A DNA stretch of 63,914 nt, counting the filler, from Chiloscyllium plagiosum (lineage: Eukaryota), in the NCBI RefSeq assembly GCF_004010195.1. It is 4 parts of one record of this genome, joined end to end, with 100 filler letters (N's around TTAATTAATTAA, not from the genome) between each part and the next. Parts side by side here need not be neighbours in the genome. Positions count along the whole stretch, not along the records: positions 59,687 to 63,914 come from NC_057712.1; 3 more parts are not named here. One strand, written 5' to 3'. Positions 62,090 through 63,914 of the stretch are shown in pieces; position 1 is the first letter of the stretch, and every line of letters begins with the position of its first letter. The notes below the pieces were generated by a model. It had not been told where the DNA came from. It ran no database searches and saw nothing but the letters and a program-made list of their open reading frames with translations. A program made the translations under genes and the position numbers.

Positions 62090-63311
62090 ACAGTTTAACT
62101 AGGCAGTGAAACATAACACCGTCAGGGTCAATGACAGGTGAACAAGAAATATTAACCTTATCCAGCAGCAACACTGTGATCCTGCAAATGTATAAACAGA
62201 GAAACTGGTAAACGAGATCTTCTTCTATTATAAGAAAACTGAGTTGCATTGGTTATGACAACATGCTTTATATCAAAAAATGACTTTGGAATTGGGGAGT
62301 TGGGAACACAATTTTTTTAATGTAAGATCAAAGCCCTATTTTAAAGGGTTGAGTCACAGTCAAAGATGACTGCACGTTTGTATGACTGCATTGCAAAAAA
62401 CCTTGAAATGAATACAATCTCTCTGACTGCTGCTCTGAACAATGGCCTTGATAGGGATTGAATGGGGGAGGCATCATCAATCCCATAACCACAGTATCCA
62501 GGCAATCACTTGGGAACTCAAATGGTGGAAACAAACCAGGATGCACTTCGACAATGGGGCACTGACTGTGTCAAGAAGAGACATCATTTCAACATGTAAA
62601 TTAGACAATTAGAATGCACTAGCCGTGGCCTTATTTGAGTCATTGGGAGAAAGATCTGGAGACCTCTGGAGAGAGGTCATATGATAAGCCAACTATCACT
62701 GTGTATAAACACTAGTTTTCTCTGCACAACTGGACACAGAAGGAACAAGTCCCTGAGTACATTTCTTATCTCCATCTCTCCACCCAACTTCCAAATTTTC
62801 AAACTCCGTGAACTAGTGTTTACAACTCAGGAGCCACTGAAATGCACTTTAAAAAATAAACTCAGCTTCAGATGTCTCTGAAAAAATAGATAAGTTGTCT
62901 GCATCTTTAAACCACCTCAACATGAAAAACAGAAGGCTCACCAAATCAACACAGCAGAACCATTGAATTCAGCCTGAGGACAGTCAAATAGACAGTCAAA
63001 TCTTTAAGTATCATATACTCCCTCAATTTTACTGGACTCAATTTAATCTGTCCTCTCCTATCTGTAATCTATGTGTGCCTATGTGTGCATGTGAAAGTCA
63101 GAGCATTTATAAAGTTAGTTTATTTAGTCAAAGTTAAATCCAATAAAATTACTAGCTTCTGTTTATAAAAAAACTCAAGAAACCGGTCTAATTGTGTACT
63201 TTATGATCACCTCACGTGCACAGTTAAACACACATTGAATTGGCAAGCATGTCCTTTCAAAAATCTTGATGTGCTCAAATGAGAAGGGAAGCCTGTGATG
63301 TCACAGCAAAG

Positions 63312-63540
63312 TTTTAAAAAAATCACACGACACCAGGTTATAGTCCAAGAGGTTTATTTGGAAGCACTAGCTTTCGGAGTGCTGCTCCTTCATCAGGTGG
63401 TTGTGGAATAGGACCATAAGACACAGAATTTATAGCAAAAGATTACAGTGTCATGCAAGTAAAATGCTATATTTAACAAACCTTGATTGTTGTTAAGTCT
63501 TTCATCTTTTAGAATGGGTTACAGGCTTTGGTTCATTAAT
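63312..63540 (-). mobile_element. Family B Penelope-type 3' end
   Basis: Same terminus as 18301-18430, extended further. Confidence 0.75.
63365..63399 (-). ncRNA. Minimal hammerhead ribozyme motif (family B)
   Basis: Reverse complement: cac CTGATGA a ggagc agc actcc GAAAGCTA gtg. Confidence 0.78.
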
Positions 63541-63542
63541 AC

Positions 63543-63914
63543 TGAAAAATGTGTTGCTGGAAAAGCGCAGCAGGTCAGGCAGCATCCAAGGAGCAGGAGA
63601 ATCGATGTTTCGGACATAAGCCCTTCTTCAGGAATGAGGAAGATGTGCCAAGCAGGCCAAGATAAAAGGTAGGGAGGAGGGACTTGGGGGAGGGGCGTTG
63701 GGAATGCGATAGGTGGAAAGAGGTTAAGGTGAGGGTGATAGGCCGGAGAGGGGGTGGGGGCGGAGAGGTCGGGAAGAAGATTGCAGGTCAAGAAGATGGT
63801 GCTGAGTCCAAGGGTTAGGACTGAGATAAGGTGGGGGGGAGGGGAAATGAGGAAGCTGGAGAAATCTGCATTCATCCCTTGTGGTTGGAGGGTTCCTAGG
63901 CGGAAGATGAGGTG
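63543..63914 (-). mobile_element. Penelope-like element 3' end with family A hammerhead (63600-63635); continues beyond the window
   Basis: LIFRLGTLQPQGMNADF matches the C-terminus of the 6810-9870 element; CTGAAGAAGGGCTTATGTCCGAAACATC. Confidence 0.9.

Noticed and set aside
62175..63305. Possible additional solo LTR (TGTGA...TCACA with AATAAA)
   Set aside because: No matching TSD was found and the boundaries are unsupported.

Overview
Repeat-dense, apparently gene-free vertebrate DNA. The HE1/V-SINEs, HER1-type CR1 LINEs and Deu-domain SINEs point to a shark or ray (inference). No host exon could be supported. From left to right: (1) a ~6.8 kb 40-bp minisatellite with higher-order structure and a CR1 inserted into it; (2) a degenerate Penelope-like element (RT + GIY-YIG); (3) many CR1 and L2 fragments and SINEs; (4) a solo LTR with a 4-bp TSD; (5) a Tx1-clade LINE whose 5' end is nt 1-37 of U2 snRNA (Keno-like), with the U2 head and the LINE enclosed by one 15-bp TSD; (6) a degenerate class I endogenous retrovirus on the minus strand (gag tail, amber stop, PR, an extra 2H-phosphoesterase-like domain, RT, RNase H, IN, env, PPT, 3' LTR); (7) scattered short Penelope-derived inserts carrying four covarying families of minimal hammerhead ribozymes. 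Most ORFs in the track are repeat, antisense or N-gap artefacts. Element boundaries without a TSD are approximate.
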